Origin: Eledone cirrhosa
Lineage: Eukaryota
Direction of reading: 5' to 3'
DNA length: 64,000 nucleotides
Assembly (NCBI GenBank): GCA_964016885.1
Contig: OZ024742.1
Location: forward strand, 348,626,001-348,690,000
Position numbers and translations under genes: made by a program. The notes beneath the pieces were generated by a model. It had not been told where the DNA came from and did no database searches. It worked only from the letters and a program-made list of their open reading frames with translations. This document shows positions 25,390 through 37,974 of the stretch, piece by piece (position 1 is the first letter of the stretch; each line of letters opens with the position of its first letter).

Positions 25390-27420
25390 GTGGTTGGTTA
25401 GTTAAGGTGGTCTACTCAGGTGTAGATGGACAGTTAAGGTGTTCTACTCAGGTGTGATTGGTTAGTTAAGGTGGTCTACTCAGGTGTAGATGGACAGTTA
25501 AGGTGTTCTACTCAGGTGTGGTTGGACAGTTAAGGTGTTCTACTCATGTGTGGTTGAACTGTTAAGGTGTTCTACTCAGGTGTGGTTGGACAGTTAAGGT
25601 ATTCTACTCAGGTGTGGTTGGACAGTTAAGGTGTTCTACTCATGTGTGGTTGGACAGTTAAGGTGTTCTACTCAGGTGTGGTTGAACAGTTAAGGTGTTC
25701 TACTCAGGTGTAGTTGGACAGTTAAGGTGTTCTATTCAGGTGTGGTTGAACAGTTAAGGTGTCCTACTGATGTGTGGTTGGACAGTTAAGGTGTTCTACT
25801 CAGGTGTAGTTGAACAGTTAAGGTGTTCTATTCAGGTGTAGTTGGACAGTTAAGGTGTTCTACTCAGGTGTGTTTGAACAGTTAAGGTGTTCTACTCAGG
25901 TGTGGTTGAACAGTTAAGGTGTTCTACTCAGGTGTAGTTGGACAGTTAAGGTGTTCTATTGAGGTGTGGTTGAACAGTTAAGGTGTTCTACTGATGTGTG
26001 GTTGGACAGTTAAGGTGTTCTTCTCAGGTGTAGGTGAACAGTTAAGGTGTTCTACTCAGGTGTGGTTGAACAGTTAAGGTGTTCTACTCAGGTGTGGTTG
26101 AACAGTTAAGATGTTCTACTCAGGTGTAGTTGGACAGTTAAGGTGTTCTACTCAGGTGTAGTTGGACAGTTAAGGTGTTCTACTAAGGTGTGGTTGGACA
26201 GTTAAGGTGTTCTACTGATATGTGGTTGGTTAGTTAAGGTGTGCTACTCAGGTGAAGTTGGACATTTAAGGTGTTCTATTCAGGTGTGGTTGAACAGTTA
26301 AGGTGTTCTTTTCAGGTGTAGTTGGATAGTTAAGGTGTTCTACTGATGTGTGGTTGGTTAGTTAAGGTGTTCTACTCAGGTGTAGTTGGACATTTAAGGT
26401 GTTCTATTCAGGTGTAGTTGGACAGTTAAGGTGTTCTACTGATGTTTAGTTGAACAGTTAAGGTGTTCTATTCAGGTGTAGTTCAACAGTTAAGGTGTTC
26501 TATTCAGGTGTGGTTTGTTAGTTAAGGTGGTCTACTCAGGTGTGGTTGGTTAGTTAAGGTGGTCTACTCAGGTGTAGATGGACAGTTAAGGTGTTCTACT
26601 CAGGTGTGATTGGTTAGTTAAGGTGGTCTACTCAGGTGTAGATGGACAGTTAAGGTGTTCTACTCAGGTGTGGTTGGACAGTTAAGGTGTTCTACTCATG
26701 TGTGGTTGAATAGTTAAGGTGTTCTACTCAGGTGTGGTTGGACAGTTAAGGTATTCTACTCAGGTGTGGTTGGACAGTTAAGGTGTTCTACTCATGTGTG
26801 GTTGGACAGTTAAGGTGTTCTACTCAGGTGTGGTTGAACAGTTAAGGTGTTCTACTCAGGTGTAGTTGGACAGTTAAGGTGTTCTATTCAGGTGTGGTTG
26901 AACAGTTAAGGTGTCCTACTGATGTGTGGTTGGACAGTTAAGGTGTTCTACTCAGGTGTAGTTGAACAGTTAAGGTGTTCTATTCAGGTGTAGTTGGACA
27001 GTTAAGGTGTTCTACTCAGGTGTGTTTGAACAGTTAAGGTGTTCTACTTAGGTGTGGTTGAACAGTTAAGGTGTTCTACTCAGGTGTAGTTGGACAGTTA
27101 CGGTGTTCTATTGAGGTGTGGTTGAACAGTTAAGGTGTTCTACTGATGTGTGGTTGGACAGTTAAGGTGTTCTACTCAGGTGTGGTTGAACAGTTAAGAT
27201 GTTCTACTCAGGTGTGGTTGAACAGTTAAGATGTTCTACTCAGGTGTAGTTGGACAGTTAAGGTGTTCTACTCAGGTGTAGTTGGACAGTTAAGGTGTTC
27301 TACTAAGGTGTGGTTGGACAGTTAAGGTGTTCTACTGATATGTGGTTGGTTAGTTAAGGTGTGCTACCCAGGTGAAGTTGGACATTTAAGGTGTTCTATT
27401 CAGGTGTGGTTGAACAGTTA
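25390..27420 (+). repeat. Block duplication with offset 1152 bp (36 monomers), related to the 23.8-24.7 kb block
   Basis: The GTCCTACTGATG marker lies at 24193, 25761 and 26913 (offsets 49x32 and 36x32) with the same flanking order of variant monomers. Confidence 0.75.
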
Positions 27421-27529
27421 AGGTGTTCTATTCAGGTGTGGCTGGACAGTTAAAGTGGTCTACTCAGGTGTGGTTGGTTAGTTAAGGTGATCTACTCAGG
27501 TGTAGTTGAACAGTTAAGTTGTTCTACTC

Positions 27530-30500
27530 AGCTGTCGTTGGACAGTTAAGGTGTTCTACTGATGTGTGGTTGGACAGGTAAGGTGGTCTACTCAGGTGTG
27601 GTTGAACAGTTAAGGTGTTCTACTCAGGAGTGGTTGGACAGGTAAGGTGTTCTACTCAGGTGTGGTTGAACAGTTAAGGTGTTCTACTGATGTGTGGTTG
27701 GTTAGTTAAGGTGTTCTACTCAGGTGTAGTTGGACATTTAAGGTGTTCTACTCAGGTGTAGTTGGACAGTTAAGGTGTTTTCCTCAGGTGTGATTGGACA
27801 GTTAAGGTTTTCTACTGATGTGTGGTTGGTTAGTTAAGTTGTTCTATTCAGGTGTAGTTGGACAGTTAAGGTGTTCTACTCAAGTGTAGTTGGTCAGTTA
27901 AGGTGTTCTACTCAGGTGCAGTTGGACAGTTAAGGTGTTCTACTCAGGTGTGATTGGACAGTTAAGGTGTTCTACTGATGTGTGGTTGGTTAGTTAAGGT
28001 GTTCTACTCAGGTGTAGTTGGACATTTAAGGTGTTCTATTCAGGTGTAGTTGGACAGTTAACGTGTTCTACTGATGTGTGTTTGAACAGTTAAGGTGTTC
28101 TAATCAGGTGTGGTTGGACAGTTAAGGTGTTCTACTCATGTGTAGTTGAACAGTTAAGGTGTTCTATTCAGGTGTAGTTCAACAGTTAAGGTGTTCTATT
28201 CAGGTGTGGTTGGTTAGTTAAGGTGGTCTACTCAGGTGTGGTTGGTTAGTTAAGGTGGTCTACTCAGGTGTAGATGGACAGTTAAGGTGTTCTACTCAGG
28301 TGTGATTGGTTAGTTAAGGTGGTCTACACAGGTGTAGATGGACAGTTAAGGTGTTATACTCAGGTGTGGTTGGACAGTTAAGGTGTTCTACTCATGTGTG
28401 GTTGAACAATTAAGGTGTTCTACTCAGGTGTGGTTGGACAGTTAAGGTATTCTACTCAGGTGTGGTTGGACAGTTAAGGTGTTCTACTCAGGTGTACGTG
28501 AACAGCTAAGGAGTTCTACTGATGTGTGGTTGGTTAGTTAAGGTGTTCTACTCAGGTGTTCTATTCAGGTGTAGTTGGACAGTTAAGGTGTTCTACTCAG
28601 GTGTGGTTGAACAGTTAAGGTGTTCTACTCAGGTGTAGTTGAACAGTTAAGGTGTTCTACTCAGGTGTGGATGGACAGTTAAGGTGTTCTACTCAGGTGT
28701 GGTTGAACAGTTAATGTGTTCTACTCAGGTGTAGTTGGACAGTTAAGGTGTTCTATTCAGGTATGGTTGAACAGTTAACGTGTTCTACTGATGTGTGGTT
28801 GGACAGTTAATGTGTTCTACTCAGGTGTAGTTGAACAGTTAAGGTGTTCTATTCAGGTGTAGTTGGACAGTTAAGGTGTTCTACTCAGGAGTGGTTGAAC
28901 AGTTAATGTGTTCTACTCAGGTGTAGTTGGACAGTTAAGGTGTTCTATTGAGGTGTGGTTGAACAGTTAAGGTGTTCTACTGATGTGTGGTTGGACAGTT
29001 AAGGTGTTCTACTCAGGTGTAGGTAAACAGTTAAGGTGTTCTACTGATGTGTGGTTGGTTAGTTAAGGTGTTCTACTCAGGTGTAGTTGGACATTTAAGG
29101 TGTTCTATTCAGGTGTAGTTGGACAGTTAAGGTGTTCTAATCAGGTGTGGTTGAACAGTTAAGGTGTTCTACTCAGGTGTAGTTGAACAGTTAAGGTGTT
29201 CTATTCAGATGTGGTTGGACAGTTAAGGTGTTCTACTGATGTGTGGTTGGACAGTTAAGGTGTTCTACTCAGGTGTAGTTCAACAGTTAAGGTGATCTAT
29301 TCAGGTGTAGTTGGACAGTTAAGGTGTTCTACTCAGGTGTCGTTGAACAGTTAAGGTGTTCTACTCAGGTATAGTTGGACAGTTAAGGTGTTCTATTCAG
29401 GTGTGGTTGGACAGTTCAGGTGTTCTACTCATGTGTGGTTGAACAGTTAAGGTGTTCTATTCAGGTGTAGTTGGACAGTTAAGGTGTTCTACTCAGGTGT
29501 GGGTGAACAGTTAAGGTGTTCTACTCAGGTGTAGTTGGACAGTTAAGGTGTTCTATTGAGGTGTGGTTGAACAGTTAAGGTGTTCTACTGATGTGTGGTT
29601 GGACAGTTAAGGTGTTCTTCTCAGGTGTAGTTGAACAGTTAAGGTGTGGTGTTCTACTCAGGTGTAGTTGGACAGTTAAGGTGTTCTATTCAGGTGTGGT
29701 TGAACAGTTAAGGTGTTCTACTGATGTGTGGTTGGATAGTTAAGGTGTTCTACTAAGGTGTAGTTGAACAGTTAAGGTGTTCTATTCAGGTGTAGTTGGA
29801 CAATTAAGGTGTTCTACTCAGGTGTGGTTGAACAGTTAAGGTGTTCTACTCAGGTGTAGTTGGACAGTTAAGGTGTTCTACTCAGGTGTAGTTGAAAAGT
29901 TAAGGTGTTCTACTAAGGTGTGGTTGGACAGTTAAGGTGTTCTACTGATATGTGGTTGGTTATTTAAAGTGTGTTACTCAGGTGAAGTTGGACATTTAAG
30001 GTGTTCTATTCAGGTGTAGTTGGACAGTTAAGGTGTTCTACTCAGGTGTGGTTGAACAGTTAAGGTGTTCTACTCAGGTGTAGTTGGACAGTTAAGGTGT
30101 TCTATTCAGGTGTAGTTGGACAGTTAATGTGTTCTACTCAGGTGTGGTTGAACAGTTAAGGTGTTCTACTCAGGTTTAGTTGGACAGTTAAGGTGTTCTA
30201 TTCAGGTGTGGTTGAACAGTTAAGGTGTTCTACCGATGTGTGGTTGGACAGTTAAGGTGTTCTACTCAAGTGTAGTCGAACAGTTAAGGTGTTCTATTCA
30301 GGTGTAGTTGGACAGTTAAGGAGTTCTACTCAGGAGTGGTTGAACAGTTAAGGTGTTCTACTCAGCTGTCGTTGGACAGTTAAGGTGTTCTATTGATGTG
30401 TGGTTGGACAGGTAAGGTGGTCTACTCAGGTGTGGTTGAACAGTTAAGGTGTTCTACTCAGGAGTGGTTGGACAGGTAAGGTGTTCTACTCAGGTGTGGT

Positions 30501-31250
30501 TGAACAGTTAAGGTGTTCTACTGATGTGTGGTTGGTTAGTTAAGGTGTTCTACTCAGGTGTAGTTGGACATTTAAGGTGTTCTACTCAGGTGTAGTTGGA
30601 CAGTTAAGGTGTTCTCCTCAGGTGTGATTGGACAGTTAAGGTTTTCTACTGATGTGTGGTTGGTTAGTTAAGTTGTTCTATTCAGGTCCAGTTGGACAGT
30701 TAAGGTGTTCTACTCAAGTGTAGTTGGTCAGTTAAGGTGTTCTACTCAGGTGTAGTTGGACAGTTAAGGTGTTCTACTCAGGTGTGATTGGACAGTTAAG
30801 GTGTTCTACTGATGTGTGGTTGGTTAGTTAAGGTGTTCTACCCAGGTGTAGTTGGACATTTAAGGTGTTCTATTCAGGTGTAGTTGGACAGTTAAGGTGT
30901 TCTACTGATGTGTGTTTGAACAGTTAAGGTGTTCTAATCAGGTGTGGTTGGACAGTTAAGGTGTTCTACTCATGTGTAGTTGAACAGTTAAGGTGTTCTA
31001 TTCAGGTGTAGTTCAACATTTAAGGTGTTCTATTCAGGTGTGGTTGGTTAGTTAAGGTGGTCTACTCAGGTGTGGTTGGTTAGTTAAGGTGGTCTACTCA
31101 GGTGTAGATGGACAGTTAATGTGTTCTACTCAGGTGTGATTGGTTAGTTAAGGTGGTCTACTGAGGTGTAGATGGACTGTTAAGGTGTTCTACTCAGGTG
31201 TGGTTGGACAGTTAAGGTGTTCTACTCATGTGTGGTTGAACAGTTAAGGT
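27530..31250 (+). repeat. Dispersed duplicate of a ~0.87-kb block (about 27530-28400 and 30360-31250)
   Basis: GGTAAGGTGGTCTA at 27577/30411 has offset 2834 = 89x32-19+5, which matches the two intervening indels. The following monomer order is the same. Confidence 0.78.
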
Positions 31251-31324
31251 GTTCTACTCAGGTGTAGTTGAACAGTTAATTTGTTCTACTCAGGTGTGGT
31301 TGAACAGCTAATGTGTTCTACTCG

Positions 31325-34300
31325 GGTGTAGCTGGACAGTTAAGGTGTTCTACTGATGTGTGGTTGGTTAGTTAAGGTGTTCTACTCAGGTGTAGTTGGA
31401 CATTTAAGGTGTTCTATTCAGGTGTAGTTGGACAGTTAAGGTGTTCTACTCAGGTGTGATTGAACAGTTAAGGTGTTCTACTCAGGTGTAGGTGAACAGT
31501 TAAAGTGTTCTACTCAGGTGTGGTTGGACAGTTAAGGTGTTCTACTCAGGTGTGGTTGAACAGTTAATGTGTTCTACTTAGGTGTAGTTGAACAGTTAAG
31601 GTGTTCTACTAAGGTGTGGTTGGTTAGTTAAGGTGGTTTACTCAGGTGTAGATGTACAGTTAAGGTGTTCTACTCAGGTGTGATTGGTTAGTTAAGGTGG
31701 TCTACTGAGGTGTAGTTGGACAGTTAAGGTGTTCTACTGATGTGTGGTTGGACACTTAAGGTGTTCTACTCAGGTGTAGTTGAACAGTTAAGGTGATCTA
31801 TTCAGGTGTAGTTGGACAGTTAAGGTGTTCTACTCAGGTGTCGTTGAACAGTTAAGGTGTTCTACTCAGGTGTAGTTGGACAGTTAAGGTGTTCTACTCA
31901 GGTGTAGTTGGACAGTTAAGGTGTTCTACTCAGGTGTGGTTGAACAGTTAATGTGTTCTACTCAGTTGTAGTTGGACAGTTAAGGTGTTCTATTGAGGTG
32001 TGGTTGAACAGTTAAGGTGTTCTACTGATGTGTGGTTGGACAGTTAAGGTGTTCTTCTCAGCTGTAGTTGAACAGTTAAGGTGTGGTGTTCTACTCAGGT
32101 GTAGTTGGACAGTTAAGGTGTTCTATTCAGGTGTGGTTGAACAGTTAAGGTGTTCTACTGATGTGTGGTTGGATAGTTAAGGTGTTCTACTAAGGTGTTG
32201 TTGAACAGTTAAGGTGTTCTATTCAGGTGTAGTTGGACAATTAAGGTGTTCTACTCAGGTGTGGTTGAACAGTTAAGGTGTTCTACTCAGGTGTAGTTGG
32301 ACAGTTAAGGTGTTCTACTCAGGTGTAGTTGGACAGTTAACGTGTTCTACTCAGGTGTGGTTGAACAGTTAATGTGTTCTACTCAGTTGTAGTTGGACAG
32401 TTAAGGTGTTCTATTCAGGTGTGGTTGAACAGTTAAGGTGTTCTACTGATGTGTGGTTGGACAGTTAAGGTGTTCTTCTCAGCTGTAGTTGAACAGTTAA
32501 GGTGTTCTACTCGGGTGTAGTTGGACAGTTAATGTGTTCTACTGATGTGTGGTTGGACAGTTAATGTGTTCTACTAAGGTGTAGTTGAAAAGTTAAGGTG
32601 TTCTATTCAGGTGTAGTTGGACAGTTAAGGTGTTCTACTCAGGTGTGGTTGAACAGTTAAGGTGTTCTACTCAGGTGTAGTTGGACAGTTAAGGTGTTCT
32701 ACTCAGGTGTAGTTGGACAGTTAATGTGTTCTACTATGGTGTGGTTGGACAGTTAAGGTGTTCTACTGATATGTGGTTGGTTAGTTAAGGTGTGCTACTC
32801 AGGTGAAGTTGGACATTTAAGGTGTTCTATTCAGGTGTAGTTGGACAGTTAAGGTGTTCTATTCAGGTGTGGTTGAACAGTTAAGGTGTTCTATTCAGGT
32901 GTGGTTGGACAGTTAAAGTGGTCTACTCAGGTGTGGTTGGTTAGTTAAGGTGTTCTACTGAGGTGTAGTTGAACAGTTAAGTTGTTCTATTCAGGTGTAG
33001 TTGGACAGTTAAGGTGTTCTACTCAGGTGTAGTTGGACAGTTAGGTATTCTACTGATGTGTGGTTGATTAGTTAAGGTGTTCTACTCAGGTGTAGTTGAA
33101 CAGTTAAGGTGTTCTACTCAGCTGTCGTTGGACAGTTAAGGTGTTCTACTGAAGTGTGGTTGGACAGGTAAGGTGTTCTACTCAGGTGTGGTTGAACAGT
33201 TAAGGTGTTCTACCGATGTGTGGTTGGTTAGTTAAGGTGTTCTACTCAGGTGTAGTTGGACACTTAAGGTATTCAACTCAGGTGTAGTTGGACAGTTAAA
33301 GTGTTCTCCTCAGGTGTGATTGGACAGTTAAGGTTTTCTACTGATGTGTGGTTGGTTAGTTAATTTGTTCTATTCAGGTGTAGTTGGACAGTTAAGGTGT
33401 TCTACTGAGGTGTAGTTGGTCAGTTAAGGTGTTCTACTCAGGTGGAGTTGGACAGTTAAGGTGTTCTACTCCGGTGTGATTGGACAGTTAAGGTGTTCTA
33501 CTGATGTGTGGCTGGTTAGTTAAGGTGTTCTACTCAGGTGTAGTTGGACATTTAAGGTGTCCTATTCAGGTGTAGTTGGACAGTTAAGGTGTTCTACCGA
33601 TGTGTGGTTGAACAGTTAAGGTGTTCTAATCAGGTGTGGTTGGACAGTTAAGGTGTTCTACGCATGTGTAGTTGAACAGTTAAGGTATTCTATTCAGGTG
33701 TAGTTCAACAGTTAAGGTGTTCTATTCAGGTGTGGTTGGTTAGTTAAGGTGGTCTTCTCTGGTGGTGTGGTTGGTTAGTTAAGGTGGTCTACTCAGGTGT
33801 AGATGGACAGTTAAGGTGTTCTACTCAGGTGTGATTGCTTCGTTAAGGTGGTCTACTCAGGTGTAGATGGACAGTTAAGGTATTCTACTCAGGTGTGGTT
33901 TGACAGTTAAGGTGTTCTACTCAGGTGTGGTTGGACAGTTAAGGTGTTCTACTCAGGTGTAGGTGAACAGTTAAGGTGTTCTTCTGATGTGTGGTTGGTT
34001 AGTAAAGGTGTTCTACTCAGGTGTAGTTGGACATTTAAGGTGTTCTATTCAGGTGTAGTTGGACAGTTAAGGTGTTCTACTCAGGTGTGGTTGAACAGTT
34101 AAGGTGTTCTACTCAGGTGTAGTTGAACAGTTAAGGTGTTCTACTCAGGTGTGGTTGGACAGTTAAGGTATTCTACTCAGGTGTGGTTGAACAGTTAATG
34201 TGTTCTACTCAGGTGTAGTTGGACAGTTAAGGTGTTCTATTCAGGTGTGGTTGAACAGTTAAGGTGTTCTACTGATGTGTGGTTGGACAGTTAAGGTGTT

Positions 34301-37300
34301 CTACTCAGGTGTAGTTGAACAGTTAAGGTGTTCTATTCAGGTGTAGTTGGACAGTTAAGGTGTTCTACTCAGGAGTGGTTGAACAGTTAAGATGTTCTAC
34401 TCAGGTGTAGTTGGACAGTTAAGGTGTTCTATTGAGGTGTGGTTGAACAGTTAAGGTGTCCTACTGATGTGTGGTTGGACAGTTAAGGTGTACTACTCAG
34501 GTGTCGTTGAACAGTTAAGGTGTTCTACTCAGGTGTAGTTGGACAGTTAAGGTGTTCTATTCAGGTGTCGTTGGACAGTTAAGGTGTACTACTCATGTGT
34601 TTGAACAGTTAAGGTGTTCTACTCAGGTGTGGTTGGACAGTTAAGGTGTTCTACTCAGGTGTGGTTGGACAGTTACGGTGTTCTACTCAGGTGTAGGTGA
34701 ACAGCTAAGGTGTTCTATTCATGTGTAGTTGGACAGTTAAGGTGTTCTACTCAGGTGTGGTTGGACAGTTAAGGTATAGTACTCAGGTGTGGTTGAACAG
34801 TTAATGTGTTCTACTCAGGTGTAGTTGGACAGTTAAAGTGTTCTATTGAGGTGTGGTTGAACAGTTAAGGTGTTCTACTGATGTGTGGTTGGACAGTTAA
34901 GGTGTTCTTCTCAGGTGTAGTTGAACAGTTAAGGTGTGGTGTTCTACTCAGGTGTAGTTGGACAGTTAAGGTGTTCTATTCAGGTGTGGTTGAACAGTTA
35001 AGGTGTTCTACTGATGTGTGGTTGGATAGTTAAGGTGTTCTACTCAGGTGTAGCTGGACAGTTAAGGTGTTCTACTGATGTGTGGTTGGTTAGTTAAGGT
35101 GTTCTACTCAGGTGTAGTTGGACATTTAAGGTGTTCTATTCAGGTGTAGTTGGACAGTTAAGGTGTTCTACTCAGGTGTGATTGAACAGTTAAGGTGTTC
35201 TACTCAGGTGTAGGTGAACAGTTAAAGTGTTCTACTCAGGTGTGGTTGGACAGTTAAGGTGTTCTACTCAGGTGTGGTTGAACAGTTAATGTGTTCTACT
35301 CAGTTGTAGTTGGACAGTTAAGGTGTTCTATTGAGGTGTGGTTGGTTAGTTAAGGTGGTTTACTCAGGTGTAGATGTACAGTTAAGGTGTTCTACTCAGG
35401 TGTGATTGGTTAGTTAAGGTGGTCTACTGAGGTGTAGTTGGACAGTTAAGGTGTTCTACTGATGTGTGGTTGGACACTTAAGGTGTTCTACTCAGGTGTA
35501 GTTGAACAGTTAAGGTGATCTATTCAGGTGTAGTTGGACAGTTAAGGTGTTCTACTCAGGTGTCGTTGAACAGTTAAGGTGTTCTACTCAGGTGTAGTTG
35601 GACAGTTAAGGTGTTCTACTCAGGTGTAGTTGGACAGTTAAGGTGTTCTACTCAGGTGTGGTTGAACAGTTAATGTGTTCTACTCAGTTGTAGTTGGACA
35701 GTTAAGGTGTTCTATTGAGGTGTGGTTGAACAGTTAAGGTGTTCTACTGATGTGTGGTTGGACAGTTAAGGTGTTCTTCTCAGCTGTAGTTGAACAGTTA
35801 AGGTGTGGTGTTCTACTCAGGTGTAGTTGGACAGTTAAGGTGTTCTATTCAGGTGTGGTTGAACAGTTAAGGTGTTCTATTGATGTGTGGTTGGATAGTT
35901 AAGGTGTTCTACTAAGGTGTTGTTGAACAGTTAAGGTGTTCTATTCAGGTGTAGTTGGACAATTAAGGTGTTCTACTCAGGTGTGGTTGAACAGTTAAGG
36001 TGTTCTACTCAGGTGTAGTTGGACAGTTAAGGTGTTCTACTCAGGTGTAGTTGGACAGTTAACGTGTTCTACTCAGGTGTGGTTGAACAGTTAATGTGTT
36101 CTACTCAGTTGTAGTTGGACAGTTAAGGTGTTCTATTCAGGTGTGGTTGAACAGTTAAGGTGTTCTACTGATGTGTGGTTGGACAGTTAAGGTGTTCTTC
36201 TCAGCTGTAGTTGAACAGTTAAGGTGTTCTACTCGGGTGTAGTTGGACAGTTAATGTGTTCAACTGATGTGTGGTTGGACAGTTAATGTGTTCTACTAAG
36301 GTGTAGTTGAAAAGTTAAGGTGTTCTATTCAGGTGTAGTTGGACAGTTAAGGTGTTCTACTCAGGTGTGGTTGAACAGTTAAGGTGTTCTACTCAGGTGT
36401 AGTTGGACAGTTAAGGTGTTCTACTCAGGTGTAGTTGGACAGTTAATGTGTTCTACTATGGTGTGGTTGGACAGTTAAGGTGTTCTACTGATATGTGGTT
36501 GGTTAGTTAAGGTGTGCTACTCAGGTGAAGTTGGACATTTAAGGTGTTCTATTCAGGTGTAGTTGGACAGTTAAGGTGTTCTATTCAGGTGTGGTTGAAC
36601 AGTTAAGGTGTTCTATTCAGGTGTGGTTGGACAGTTAAAGTGGTCTACTCAGGTGTGGTTGGTTAGTTAAGGTGTTCTACTGAGGTGTAGTTGAACAGTT
36701 AAGTTGTTCTATTCAGGTGTAGTTGGACAGTTAAGGTGTTCTACTCAGGTGTAGTTGGACAGTTAGGTATTCTACTGATGTGTGGTTGATTAGTTAAGGT
36801 GTTCTACTCAGGTGTAGTTGAACAGTTAAGGTGTTCTACTCAGCTGTCGTTGGACAGTTAAGGTGTTCTACTGAAGTGTGGTTGGACAGGTAGGGTGTTC
36901 TACTCAGGTGTGGTTGAACAGTTAAGGTGTTCTACCGATGTGTGGTTGGTTAGTTAAGGTGTTCTACTCAGGTGTAGTTGGACACTTAAGGTATTCAACT
37001 CAGGTGTAGTTGGACAGTTAAAGTGTTCTCCTCAGGTGTGATTGGACAGTTAAGGTTTTCTACTGATGTGTGGTTGGTTAGTTAATTTGTTCTATTCAGG
37101 TGTAGTTGGACAGTTAAGGTGTTCTACTGAGGTGTAGTTGGTCAGTTAAGGTGTTCTACTCAGGTGGAGTTGGACAGTTAAGGTGTTCTACTCCGGTGTG
37201 ATTGGACAGTTAAGGTGTTCTACTGATGTGTGGCTGGTTAGTTAAGGTGTTCTACTCAGGTGTAGTTGGACATTTAAGGTGTCCTATTCAGGTGTAGTTG

Positions 37301-37890
37301 GACAGTTAAGGTGTTCTACCGATGTGTGGTTGAACAGTTAAGGTGTTCTAATCAGGTGTGGTTGGACAGTTAAGGTGTTCTACGCATGTGTAGTTGAACA
37401 GTTAAGGTATTCTATTCAGGTGTAGTTCAACAGTTAAGGTGTTCTATTCAGGTGTGGTTGGTTAGTTAAGGTGGTCTTCTCTGGTGGTGTGGTTGGTTAG
37501 TTAAGGTGGTCTACTCAGGTGTAGATGGACAGTTAAGGTGTTCTACTCAGGTGTGATTGCTTCGTTAAGGTGGTCTACTCAGGTGTAGATGGACAGTTAA
37601 GGTATTCTACTCAGGTGTGGTTTGACAGTTAAGGTGTTCTACTCAGGTGTGGTTGGACAGTTAAGGTGTTCTACTCAGGTGTAGGTGAACAGTTAAGGTG
37701 TTCTACTGATGTGTGGTTGGTTAGTAAAGGTGTTCTACTCAGGTGTAGTTGGACATTTAAGGTGTTCTATTCAGGTGTAGTTGGACAGTTAAGGTGTTCT
37801 ACTCAGGTGTGGTTGAACAGTTAAGGTGTTCTACTCAGGTGTAGTTGAACAGTTAAGGTGTTCTACTCAGGTGTGGTTGGACAGTTAAGG
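31325..37890 (+). repeat. Tandem block duplication with period 3722 bp (116 monomers + 10 nt); second copy partial
   Basis: CTGGTGGTGTGG at 33759/37481 and TTAGGTATTC at 33041/36763 are paired, as are GATGTACAG, ATTCAACTC and GCTTCG. The indels inside the unit (+5, -1, +3, -2, +5) sum to +10. Confidence 0.92.
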
Positions 37891-37974
37891 TGTTCTACTC
37901 AGGTGTGATTGGTTAGTTAAGGTGGTCTACTGAGGTGTAGTTGGACAGTTAAGGTGTTCTACTGATGTGTGGTT

